A DNA stretch of 64,000 nt. Source: Aeriscardovia sp. GTDB taxonomy: Bacteria; Actinomycetota; Actinomycetes; Actinomycetales; Bifidobacteriaceae. Position numbers and translations under genes: made by a program. Below are positions 20,167-29,322 of this stretch, piece by piece; position 1 is the first letter of the stretch; each line of letters starts with the position of its first letter. The notes beneath the pieces were generated by a model. That model saw only the letters and a program-made list of their open reading frames with translations. It was not told where the DNA came from and searched no databases. Location of the stretch: assembly GCA_017538895.1 (NCBI GenBank), contig JAFYHY010000108.1, forward strand, positions 18,225 through 82,224, written 5' to 3'.

Positions 20167-20523
20167 ATGACTTCTTCGAATACTCATCATGAAGAACCAT
20201 CTTCATCAGAGGCTGCTGCCAATTTATATCGTAAGGAAGTTTATCGTACATATAAAGCTGGTGAATTTGCAGCGCAGGTAGCTCGAACAGGGAAAAATGC
20301 AATCCTTGAAATTATTCGGCTAGGTTTACAAGCAAAGGATGCTGAAGAATCTGATCATAAAAAAGGAATGAATCATCATCTTCTTGCAATTCCTGATTCT
20401 CTGTGGGCCATAATTGAAAAGAATGCGCATGAACAGAATGAGACACCAGATGAATGGATTGTTGATGCTGCATACGCGTTTATCTTCACTGAATCTGATC
20501 AATCTTCCTCAAAACAAAATTAA
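20167..20523 (+). CDS. Hypothetical 118-aa protein, possibly with a C-terminal ribbon-helix-helix-like segment
   Basis: The ATG at 20167 follows GAGAGGAAGG. The strand-helix-helix pattern HLLAIPDSLWAIIEKNAHEQNETPDEWIVDAAYAFI is only weakly suggestive. Confidence 0.45.
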   Translation: MTSSNTHHEEPSSSEAAANLYRKEVYRTYKAGEFAAQVARTGKNAILEIIRLGLQAKDAEESDHKKGMNHHLLAIPDSLWAIIEKNAHEQNETPDEWIVDAAYAFIFTESDQSSSKQN

Positions 20524-20532
20524 TTGAAATGA

Positions 20533-20592
20533 GTATTAGTAAAGGGTGGTATCCTATGGAATATTCCATAGGATACCACCCTTTACTAATAC
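20533..20592. terminator. 60-nt perfect palindrome at a convergent gene junction (presumed bidirectional terminator)
   Basis: I checked every base pair by hand: 20534-20562 pairs perfectly with 20563-20591, and 20533/20592 adds a G-C pair. Confidence 0.7.
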
Positions 20593-20607
20593 AGTAATGT
20601 TTCCTTG

Positions 20608-22221
20608 TTAGTATCCACTATTTTCGAATTTTTCAGATCGTGTTTCAGTTTGAACAGTTCCGTCAGGTTTTGTAATAACTTGAACGAATTTACCATCTAC
20701 TTCTTTGATGTTCTCACGTTCGCGTGCAGCTTTGATTGCTTTTTGCATCACTTGTGGGACACGACGCCACATTAAGCGGAAATGCATAATACGGACTTCA
20801 TCAGCAGACAGTTTCTTCAAATACACACGACGGAATGAAGGAATAAGGAATGCGAGAAGAACAGTTCCTAAGAAGCAGTAGGCCAAAATGGTGATGAATC
20901 GAGATCCATCAGAAGCTGGCAAAGCTGAGGTTGGGATGAATGAAACACAGAATGCGAATAGTGAGCAGAGGAATCCGCAGCATGCAAAAATAGTCTTGCC
21001 GACGATGCCTCCTGGAACGTTATAGGTACGCTTTAATTCTTTCTCAGTAAAAATAAGCTTGAAATATGAAGCATACATGAGGAAGTAGCACACAATATAA
21101 ACGATAGAAGTTAATGTTGTCGCAATCAAGAAGGACATGTTTCCGTTGGTACCACCACCGAAGGTGAGGACAGCATCCCAGATAGTAACGATAACAAACT
21201 GTGCGGAAATCATATGAGTTGGAACACCGAATTTATTCTCATGAGCAACCCAACGTGGCATTAAGCCATACATAGCACTATCTTGGAGACCTTTTGATGG
21301 TCCGACAACCCAAGAACCGATCTCTGCGACGATGCCTAATGCCATAAAAATGCTAAAGAGACCAGCGAGCCATCCTAAGTGGCTATTGAAATGGCACATT
21401 AAGAAATCAAGTGCTTGATACATGCCAGCATTCATTGATAATTTGCTTTGTGGCACAGTTGCAGCAATAGACATGCCGCCTAATGAATCCATAATGATTG
21501 CCAAAATGAACATGACAAACATAGTACGAGGATAGTTCTTTGGTGCATTATCCAGTTGGTTGATATGTGTACCAGAGGATTCAATACCTGCATACATTAA
21601 AATGAATGTTGCAAAAATAGTCAGAGTACCATCTTGACGGAAATCTGGGAAGAAGGTATGCGGATCCATTGTCATAGCAACTGGATTACCTTGACCCATG
21701 TAGATCAATGCCAAAATAAATAGCAAGAATCCTGGGATAAAGACACCAAGGAAGAATCCTACTTTTGCAATCTGTGCTGTTGCTTTTGTTCCACGTAATT
21801 GCAGAATATTAATGATACCGAAAAGAATGAGAACTTCGAAGAACTTTAAAGTTGGGTTATCGTTCAGGATACTCCATCCGAAGGTTTCAGAAATCATACC
21901 AATAACGAAGTAGCACATCGTTACGAATCCGATAGTGACTTCAAACCATTGGCAGAATAAAGCAACATAGCCTAATAATTCACTATGTAGTGCATTACCT
22001 ACCCAACCAAAAACACCGCCTTCTGACCATCCTTCAACGGATGCCATTTCAGCAGAGATTAATGCCGTAGGCAAAAACCAGAAAATTCCACCAATTAAAG
22101 CAAAGAACACGCAGGCAAACTTTGCTGTTGCTAAACTCGGGAATTCATATACTGTCATGACCATTGACGCCGTCATTGCGAAAAAGCCGAAGCCAGTCAA
22201 CTTCTTCTGTTCAACGTTCAT
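20608..22221 (-). CDS. APC-superfamily glutamate:GABA-antiporter-family transporter (GadC-like), copy 1
   Basis: Collinear with E. coli GadC as I recall it (FFAMTASMVMTVYEFPS, AEMASVEGWSEGGVF, KTFFPDF, KRTYNVPGG). I chose the ATG at 22221, which has AAGGA 7 nt upstream. Confidence 0.8.
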   Translation of the reverse strand: MNVEQKKLTGFGFFAMTASMVMTVYEFPSLATAKFACVFFALIGGIFWFLPTALISAEMASVEGWSEGGVFGWVGNALHSELLGYVALFCQWFEVTIGFVTMCYFVIGMISETFGWSILNDNPTLKFFEVLILFGIINILQLRGTKATAQIAKVGFFLGVFIPGFLLFILALIYMGQGNPVAMTMDPHTFFPDFRQDGTLTIFATFILMYAGIESSGTHINQLDNAPKNYPRTMFVMFILAIIMDSLGGMSIAATVPQSKLSMNAGMYQALDFLMCHFNSHLGWLAGLFSIFMALGIVAEIGSWVVGPSKGLQDSAMYGLMPRWVAHENKFGVPTHMISAQFVIVTIWDAVLTFGGGTNGNMSFLIATTLTSIVYIVCYFLMYASYFKLIFTEKELKRTYNVPGGIVGKTIFACCGFLCSLFAFCVSFIPTSALPASDGSRFITILAYCFLGTVLLAFLIPSFRRVYLKKLSADEVRIMHFRLMWRRVPQVMQKAIKAARERENIKEVDGKFVQVITKPDGTVQTETRSEKFENSGY

Positions 22222-22444
22222 AGCCTTATCCTTCTTTAACGACAATCAGTATCTCCATTGGCTGTCGTCGCCAAACCAACTGAAGGTATCTCCTCCGCGA
22301 TACTGAGACTTTTTGTGAAACGCTTAGTAATCGTACTTGATAAAAACGACTTGATAATAAGTGTTTCATAATACGATCAATAATTTTAATTCAAAATTCT
22401 TTCGTGTATTCACGAAAACATCTAAAAGACAGGTTTTTCTTTGT

Positions 22445-22482
22445 ATGTGGCAGGAGAAATGAATAGTTTTCTCCTACCACAT
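22445..22482 (-). terminator. Hairpin directly after GadC-like copy 2
   Basis: 15-bp stem with one mismatch, atgtggcaggagaaa / tttctcctaccacat, starting 9 nt after the stop. There is no U-tract. Confidence 0.5.
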
Positions 22483-22490
22483 TGTGCGAG

Positions 22491-24122
22491 TTAAAATCCA
22501 GATTCCTTGAATGATTCAGAACGTTCAATGTGAATGACATTGCCATTTTCATCAGTTATTGTTTGTACTAACTGACCATTAATATCCTGAATGCCTTCAC
22601 GTTGACGAGCAGCGAGAACAGCTTCTTGCATAATGTGAGGGACTCGGTGCCACATCAGACGGAAATGAAGAACACGAATGTCTTCGACATTCATTTTCTT
22701 CAAGAACTTTCGTCTAAAGGAACTGACAAATATTGGAAGAAGAACAGCAATAATGAAGCAGTAAGTCAGTATCACAACAAACTGAGTTCCTTGTGATGGT
22801 GGCAAACTGGCCATTGGAATGAAGCTGACGATAAAAGCAAAAATAGACGTTACAAATCCAACAACGCCTACAATAATTTTTCCAGTCATACCGCCAGGAA
22901 CGTTATAAGTTCGTTTTAATTCTTTCTCAACAAAAATAAGACGGAAATATGAAAGATACATAAGTACGTAGCAGCATAAATAAATAAGGCTTGTTAGTGT
23001 TGTAGTAATCAGATATGCCATGTTGCCAGCTGATCCTGAACTAAAAGTAAGTATCGCTGCCCATAATGCAACAACAAAAAACTGTACTAATAGCATATGT
23101 GTTGGAACGTTATTATCATTCTTGGTGCAAATCCATTTTGGAAGCATGCCATAACTAGCTGTATCTTGAAGACCTTCTGCTGGTCCTACTGCCCATGAAC
23201 TGATTTCAGAGATTAATCCAAGAACAAGCAGCAAACTGAGTAAAGTTGCTAGCCAGCCTAGATGAGGATTATCGTGGCAAATCAACATTCGTAACGCTTG
23301 ATACATTCCTGCATCCATTGACAGTTTCTGCTGTGGAACAACACTGGCGATGGAAACTCCGCCTAAGGAATCCATGATAATAGCGAGTGCAAAGATGGAA
23401 AGGACTGTAAGTGGGTAATTTTTTTCTGCTTTTTCAAGCTCGTTGATATGGGAACTTGAGGCTTCAATACCTGCATACATTAAGATGAATGTTGCAAAAA
23501 TAGTTAAGGTTCCTGATTGATGAAAATCTGGGAAAAATGTTTTACTGGAGAACGATATTGCTAGGGGGTTACCTTGGATCCAGTAAATAATTGCGAGAAT
23601 AAAGAGGATTGATGTTGAGCCGAGAACGCCGACAGTGAAGCCCCATTTCGCAATGAGTGTGGTGCGTTGTGTTCCTCCTAGTTGGAAAAAACTAATCCCG
23701 GCGAATAGAAGTAGGACAAGAATAAATTTTACTGTTGGATCATCGTTGATAATAGAAATGTTAAATGCGTCGGCTACTACTCCGATAATAAAATAGCACA
23801 TGGTTACAAAGCAGACTGTGACTTGGAACCATTGGAAGAATACTGCGAGGAATCCTAATCGTTCACTGTGTAGTGCATTACCTACCCAACCAAAGACACC
23901 GCCTTCTGACCATCCTTCAACGGATGCCATTTCAGCAGAGATTAATGCTGTTGGTAAAAACCAACATAATCCTGCAAGAAGCGAGAAGAAGACGCATGCA
24001 AATTTTGCTGTTGCAACGCTTGGATAATCATCAATTGTCATGACCATTGAGGCAGTCATTGCAAAGAAACCGAAGAAAGTTAATTTCTTTACATTTAACA
24101 CGCCATTTTGTTTTTGTTTCAT
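22491..24122 (-). CDS. APC-superfamily glutamate:GABA-antiporter-family transporter (GadC-like), copy 2
   Basis: Paralogue of 20608-22221 with the same motifs and the same roughly 70-aa charged C-terminal tail (HFRLMW.RVP..MQ.A). Confidence 0.8.
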   Translation of the reverse strand: MKQKQNGVLNVKKLTFFGFFAMTASMVMTIDDYPSVATAKFACVFFSLLAGLCWFLPTALISAEMASVEGWSEGGVFGWVGNALHSERLGFLAVFFQWFQVTVCFVTMCYFIIGVVADAFNISIINDDPTVKFILVLLLFAGISFFQLGGTQRTTLIAKWGFTVGVLGSTSILFILAIIYWIQGNPLAISFSSKTFFPDFHQSGTLTIFATFILMYAGIEASSSHINELEKAEKNYPLTVLSIFALAIIMDSLGGVSIASVVPQQKLSMDAGMYQALRMLICHDNPHLGWLATLLSLLLVLGLISEISSWAVGPAEGLQDTASYGMLPKWICTKNDNNVPTHMLLVQFFVVALWAAILTFSSGSAGNMAYLITTTLTSLIYLCCYVLMYLSYFRLIFVEKELKRTYNVPGGMTGKIIVGVVGFVTSIFAFIVSFIPMASLPPSQGTQFVVILTYCFIIAVLLPIFVSSFRRKFLKKMNVEDIRVLHFRLMWHRVPHIMQEAVLAARQREGIQDINGQLVQTITDENGNVIHIERSESFKESGF

Positions 24123-24316
24123 TTCTTTCTCTTAAAGTGATGCGATTGATGGTAAAAATTTAATGCTTTAATAATTCAAGCAACCTTAATGCTATAGGAG
24201 TACTCTGTACATTACAAAGTGTTTTTAGCAAGAAAATCAGTTAGTCATGAATAAAAGACGTAAAAGAAATATCTATACTGACTCTATAGGGGCCCCCTTT
24301 TCGTAAACTAAAGTTT

Positions 24317-26515
24317 ATGGGTCGAAATGGGAATAACAATCCGAGAATGACAACACGACGCGTTTTCTCTTTGGTAATCGCGTTTCTTTTCTTGTGTATT
24401 GCGGGTGGAGTTACTATTACCGGCTTCTTTGCTCCAGCATTGGTTGAGTTAACGAAGTCTGTAAAAAGCTCTAACTTTTCTCTAGAAGGTGAGTCAGTTA
24501 ACCTTGATCTCACAAAGTTACCTCAGCAGTCACGTATGTATTCTGCCGATGGAAAACTGATTGCATACTTCTATACGCAGAATCGTATCGTTGTCGCGTT
24601 AAAGAATATTTCACCATGGATGCAAAAGGCCATGGTTGCACGAGAAGACCATGACTTCCTTCAGGAAACAGGTATTGATCCTCGTGGTATTGCTCGTGCG
24701 TTTGTTCAAACCTTTATTAAGCATGGTGCTAAGGAGGGTGGTTCTACACTTACTCAGCAGTATGTGAAGAATGCACTGATTGATGAAGCAATGGAAAACT
24801 TTGATCCTATTGCTGCATACCATGCTCGTGCTGATACAATCACACGTAAACTTCGGGAAATGCTTATTGCTCAGGAATTAGATGAGCATTATAACAAAGC
24901 TGAAATTCTTCAGGGTTATTTAAATATTGCACAGTTTGGTGTCAATATTTATGGTGTTGAAGTGGCAGCTGAAGAATACTTTAGTGTTCCTGCGAAGGAT
25001 CTGACATTAGGTGAAGCTGCAACTATTGCATCAATTACTGAGAACCCTAGTGCCTATGATCCTATTGAACATCCAGAAGCAGCAGAACAGCAGCGTAATA
25101 TTGTTCTTCAACAGATGGTGAAGTATGGTTTTGCTACAGCAGCTGAAGCTGATACAGCAATGAAAGTACCGATGGCTTCCATGCTGAAGATTACTAAATT
25201 CCCAATTGGCTGCGAAGCAGCTGGAATTATGGGTTATGCATGCGATTACACTGTTCGTGATATTTTGTTAAGCCCTGAGTTTGGTAAGACAACAGAAGCT
25301 CGACGTGAACTTCTCTATGAAGGCGGTTTGAAGATCTACACCACCTTCAATGAGACTGCTGAGCAGATTGCTTATGACTCGGTCACACAAGCAATCTCTC
25401 CTACTGATTCATCTGGCGTTATTATCGCTATTGCATCTGTTCAACCTGGTACTGGAAAGATTATTGAAGTTCAGCAGAATAAGTTGTATAACGTTGATGG
25501 TGATTTAGGATCACAATATACTGCTATGGATTATTCTGTTGATCAGGCTGAAGGCGGTGGTACCGGCTTCGGTATTGGATCAGCATTCAAACCAATTACC
25601 TTAGTCTCCTGGATGCAAGCCGGACACAAGATGTCACAGGAGTTGGATACCTATACTGCTTACCCAGTTAATTCCATTCCATGTGCTCAAAAAACTGGTG
25701 CTATCTGGTACGTTTCTAACGATGAAAATACTGGTTCTATCAGCCCTGAATCACCATTACACGCTCTGATTTGGTCGCACAACACAACTCAGGCTTCTAT
25801 GGCACAGATTATTGGCCTTTGCGCAATTGCTAACACAGCAACTGAGATGGGTTACCATAACGCATCCTCGACAAATTCCAATATTCACGACACCATTACG
25901 CCAACTATGTTGTTGGGTACTTTGGATGTTTCACCATTAACCATGGCAAACGTATATGCAACCATTGCAGCAGATGGTGTTGAATGTACTCCTATTGCAA
26001 TTGATAAGGTAATTAATGCTGAAGGTAAGTCCATCACTGTTCCACCAGCAAATTGCCATCAAGCTATCTCTAAGAATGTTGCAGAAACTGCAGCCTACGC
26101 TATGTATCTCTACGATAAGTATGGATATGGTGTCGGCGAACAAGTTCCTGGATATCGAGTCTTTGGTAAGACTGGTACCAACCAGAATGCATCTCTTGCT
26201 GATGGTGAGTTCATTCCGCAGATGGCTACCTTCACTATCTCAGCTCAGCCACAACACCCAAGCTGGCTTCCATACTGCATTCCTAGTACCGGACAATGCT
26301 CACATCAGTGGTACGGTGAATGGTATCTAGTCCGTTCTTTGCAACGTTACTTTGCTGATTATATTCATGCCGAGAATATTCCAAACAATGATTATGGACA
26401 GCCAGATCCAAACCTTGTTCAGCTACCATTGAATATGGCACAACAAGTTTACGAGCAGAGTGAAAACGTTCGTGGAACAGTCTTTTCTCCTATGACACCA
26501 GTTGATAAATGGTAA
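24317..26515 (+). CDS. Class A penicillin-binding protein (GT51 transglycosylase plus transpeptidase)
   Basis: GT51 motifs REDHDF and GGSTLTQQYVKN. Transpeptidase motifs SAFK (SxxK), SHN and KTGT. One N-terminal TM helix. Confidence 0.9.
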   Translation: MGRNGNNNPRMTTRRVFSLVIAFLFLCIAGGVTITGFFAPALVELTKSVKSSNFSLEGESVNLDLTKLPQQSRMYSADGKLIAYFYTQNRIVVALKNISPWMQKAMVAREDHDFLQETGIDPRGIARAFVQTFIKHGAKEGGSTLTQQYVKNALIDEAMENFDPIAAYHARADTITRKLREMLIAQELDEHYNKAEILQGYLNIAQFGVNIYGVEVAAEEYFSVPAKDLTLGEAATIASITENPSAYDPIEHPEAAEQQRNIVLQQMVKYGFATAAEADTAMKVPMASMLKITKFPIGCEAAGIMGYACDYTVRDILLSPEFGKTTEARRELLYEGGLKIYTTFNETAEQIAYDSVTQAISPTDSSGVIIAIASVQPGTGKIIEVQQNKLYNVDGDLGSQYTAMDYSVDQAEGGGTGFGIGSAFKPITLVSWMQAGHKMSQELDTYTAYPVNSIPCAQKTGAIWYVSNDENTGSISPESPLHALIWSHNTTQASMAQIIGLCAIANTATEMGYHNASSTNSNIHDTITPTMLLGTLDVSPLTMANVYATIAADGVECTPIAIDKVINAEGKSITVPPANCHQAISKNVAETAAYAMYLYDKYGYGVGEQVPGYRVFGKTGTNQNASLADGEFIPQMATFTISAQPQHPSWLPYCIPSTGQCSHQWYGEWYLVRSLQRYFADYIHAENIPNNDYGQPDPNLVQLPLNMAQQVYEQSENVRGTVFSPMTPVDKW

Positions 26516-26538
26516 TTTTCATTCCTGCCTCATAGGCT

Positions 26539-26597
26539 ATAAAAGAGTGGGTGGTGTTCATCTTCTAAACGAAGATGAACACCACCCACTCTTTTAT
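26539..26597. terminator. 27-bp perfect-stem hairpin between the convergent PBP gene and pyrD
   Basis: Stem 26539-26565 pairs with 26571-26597 (checked by hand), with loop taaac. T-rich sequence lies 3' on the plus strand. Confidence 0.8.
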
Positions 26598-26611
26598 TTT
26601 TTTATTAGAAC

Positions 26612-27763
26612 TTACTGTACATCGACACCAACAGCATCAGAAATATGTTCAAATCCATCTCGTCGTAACAGCTCTGCTACTCCTTGACGAATCTGTGTCA
26701 TCACTTGTGGACCTTGATACATTAAAGCTGACACAAGCATAACCAAGCTTGACCCATGTCGAATCTTCCAATACGCTTGCTCAGCTGTTGATACGCCACC
26801 AACGCCAGCGATTGCTAATCTTGTTCCATATTCACGATAAGTTTGTTCAATAAGACTATTTGCTTTCGTCTCACATGGGCGTCCAGACAAATTTCCTTTC
26901 CATTCTGATGGAATAGAGAGACCGGAGCGATCTTTTCGTAGATTTGCGATCGTCACGCCTTGAACATTATGCTCACAAATGACATCTAACAGATCTTTTA
27001 ACTCGTCCCATTCTTTATCTTGTGGGAGCTTTACCATTAATGGTTGCTTATGTTGGATGCGATCTAGGCCAGTTAATAAACGATCAAGCATATCTGGTGT
27101 AACAAACCGTTCACCGACCATTGTGTTTGGACATGAAATATTGATTTCAATCAGATCTGATTTATCAGCAGCACGCTGTAATGAAATCATATAATCTTCA
27201 ATACCTTCTTCATCATCTCCAACAAATCGATCATTGGTTCTAGCAAGAGATACAGAAATTTTCATTTGTCGTGAGCGTGTATATGCTTTTTCAACTTCTT
27301 GCATTATACGTTCAGATCCTTTATTAGCTAATCCCACATGAACCATCATGGATTCATATTCTGGTAGACGGTGGAACCATGGTCGTGGATTACCGTCGCA
27401 AGGACGCGCAGTTGTGGATCCAACTGTTTCAAAACCATATCCTGCTGCATCAGCTACTTTAGTAATCTGACAATTTTTATCTAATCCAGCTGAAATACCA
27501 AATGGGTTACTGAATGGGATTCCCATAACAGTTGTTTCGAGAATTGGATCTGTATAATCCAACATATGCTGTAAAAGCCACATTAATGGCACATTATTAC
27601 CAGCTTTTTCGCAAAAATCTAATGTTGTTGAATGTGCAGTGTCAGGTGTCATAGCAAAAATAATTTTTTTAGCACCTTTTTTATAGGCGATATCAAAGAT
27701 TCGTATTGAGGTATTAATAATTGATCGGTCTAGCAATGAATCAATTGTATATTTTTTATTCAT
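26612..27763 (-). CDS. pyrD: Dihydroorotate dehydrogenase, class-2-like scaffold
   Basis: Collinear with E. coli PyrD as I recall it (GISAGLDKN, GNPRPWFHRL, INISCPNT, GGLSGRP-like NLSGRP, GVGGV). The likely start is MNKKY at 27763, overlapping the trmB stop. Confidence 0.8.
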   Translation of the reverse strand: MNKKYTIDSLLDRSIINTSIRIFDIAYKKGAKKIIFAMTPDTAHSTTLDFCEKAGNNVPLMWLLQHMLDYTDPILETTVMGIPFSNPFGISAGLDKNCQITKVADAAGYGFETVGSTTARPCDGNPRPWFHRLPEYESMMVHVGLANKGSERIMQEVEKAYTRSRQMKISVSLARTNDRFVGDDEEGIEDYMISLQRAADKSDLIEINISCPNTMVGERFVTPDMLDRLLTGLDRIQHKQPLMVKLPQDKEWDELKDLLDVICEHNVQGVTIANLRKDRSGLSIPSEWKGNLSGRPCETKANSLIEQTYREYGTRLAIAGVGGVSTAEQAYWKIRHGSSLVMLVSALMYQGPQVMTQIRQGVAELLRRDGFEHISDAVGVDVQ

Positions 27764-28583
27764 TCTGATCTCCTCGCACAACATAGGTCAAATCATGAAC
27801 TATATGTCCAGCTAGTAGACCTTTATTCTCAAAACTTGTGAGTACGCGACCATCAAATCGCTCAGATTCAGTAAAGATTGCGTGTGGTAATAATTGAGCT
27901 GTTTCTGCGTTACCTTTTCCGACATGTTCTATTGCTAGAGAAACTTCTTTTGTACCAATGTTTATGAAATCTGAGTCGTTGTCCAAGACTTCATGAATAT
28001 GCAGTGCATAGTCGTCAATATCTGTTGCAATACGCCAGACGCCATGAGAAACAAGGCTTTGTGCTATTAAATGGGCAAATGATGGTTGAATAATACGTCG
28101 TTTATGATGCTTCATTTTTGGCCATGGATCAGGGAAATATGTCCATACTTCTTCACAGCTTTGTGGTTGGATTGCTGTTTCGAATAACTGTACTGCATCA
28201 ACTTGAGCGATTCGCAGATTCTCTAAATGTTGATGCTCACAACGTAATAATGTATGGGCAATCCCTTGATCAAAAACTTCAACAGCGAGGAAATTCTTAT
28301 CTGGATTATTCGCTGCGGCAGCAGCAATATTTTCGCCTTGACCACTGCCAACTTCAATGATGAGAGGTTTAACCTCTCCCCATACTTCTTTTTGGGTATC
28401 CTCATCTAATTGGAATGATGGATTTACACTGAGCTCTTTCCTAGATTTATCTGTTGGTATGTGTAAGAGGAAATGGTCAGAATTCGTTTCCCATGCTTGC
28501 TGGAGTTTAGGTGACAATCGTGTATTACGTCGCACAAATGAGACAACTGCCCGATGCGGTGCGGTAAAATCTTCTGATACCAT
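27756..28583 (-). CDS. trmB: tRNA (guanine-N7)-methyltransferase
   Basis: IEVGSGQGE SAM motif and YFPDPWPKMKHHKRR motif. Confidence 0.9.
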   Translation of the reverse strand: MVSEDFTAPHRAVVSFVRRNTRLSPKLQQAWETNSDHFLLHIPTDKSRKELSVNPSFQLDEDTQKEVWGEVKPLIIEVGSGQGENIAAAAANNPDKNFLAVEVFDQGIAHTLLRCEHQHLENLRIAQVDAVQLFETAIQPQSCEEVWTYFPDPWPKMKHHKRRIIQPSFAHLIAQSLVSHGVWRIATDIDDYALHIHEVLDNDSDFINIGTKEVSLAIEHVGKGNAETAQLLPHAIFTESERFDGRVLTSFENKGLLAGHIVHDLTYVVRGDQNE

Positions 28584-28617
28584 TATTCCTCCTCCGTTAT
28601 GTCTTTCTGATAGTATT

Positions 28618-29322
28618 TCATACTAAGTGCCATGTTAAACGATGCAAATTTGATGGCCCTTGTTCTGTAATTGCTTGTCTATGTGCTGCTGAACCATATC
28701 CTTTATTATTGTCCCAATGGTAAGCCTGATATTGATGATCTTGCGCATACTTTTCCATTAACTGATCACGTGTCACTTTTGCTAATACAGATGCGGCAGA
28801 AATACATGCGCAAGTCATATCACCTTTAACTCGAGTTGTTATAGATGGTAATATGGGTACTGTTGGTGCGTTAATAGTCATTGATGCAGGCGTAATATAA
28901 TCAATTGGTCCATCAAGTATACCTGCAACAGATGAAAGTAACGATTCTTGTTTCTGTTCGATAAGATGTGATTCGATTACATTGAGAGCTCGTAAAGCTG
29001 CAATTCCTAAAGCGTATGAGATACCCCAAGCATCAATTTCTTGATTTGTAGCAGAACCGACAGCCCATGCATATGACCATTCTTGCAATGGGTAGAAGAG
29101 GCTCTCCCGTTTCTTCGCTGTGAGCATTTTAGAATCAGCTAATCCCTGTGGAATATCAGTATTGAGGGTAGTAATCGTGATAGCTGCAGCACCAACCATA
29201 ACAGGTCCAGCTAATGCTCCACGTCCAACTTCATCGAAACCGATCACAAGTTGGTATCCTGATTTGAATAATTTTTTTTCTTCGTTTAAGGTTGGATATA
29301 CTCTCTGTACTGTTTTACTCAT
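28618..29322 (-). CDS. rnhB: Ribonuclease HII
   Basis: GFDEVGRGALAGPV and DSKMLT motifs. I chose the ATG at 29322 (MSKTVQ), which overlaps the lepB 3' end by 8 nt. Confidence 0.88.
   Translation of the reverse strand: MSKTVQRVYPTLNEEKKLFKSGYQLVIGFDEVGRGALAGPVMVGAAAITITTLNTDIPQGLADSKMLTAKKRESLFYPLQEWSYAWAVGSATNQEIDAWGISYALGIAALRALNVIESHLIEQKQESLLSSVAGILDGPIDYITPASMTINAPTVPILPSITTRVKGDMTCACISAASVLAKVTRDQLMEKYAQDHQYQAYHWDNNKGYGSAAHRQAITEQGPSNLHRLTWHLV

Noticed and set aside
24241-24513. 90-aa minus-strand ORF in the transporter/PBP divergent region
   Set aside because: It overlaps the 5' end of the PBP gene in antisense, has no RBS, and has no motif. The intergenic part more likely holds the two divergent promoters.
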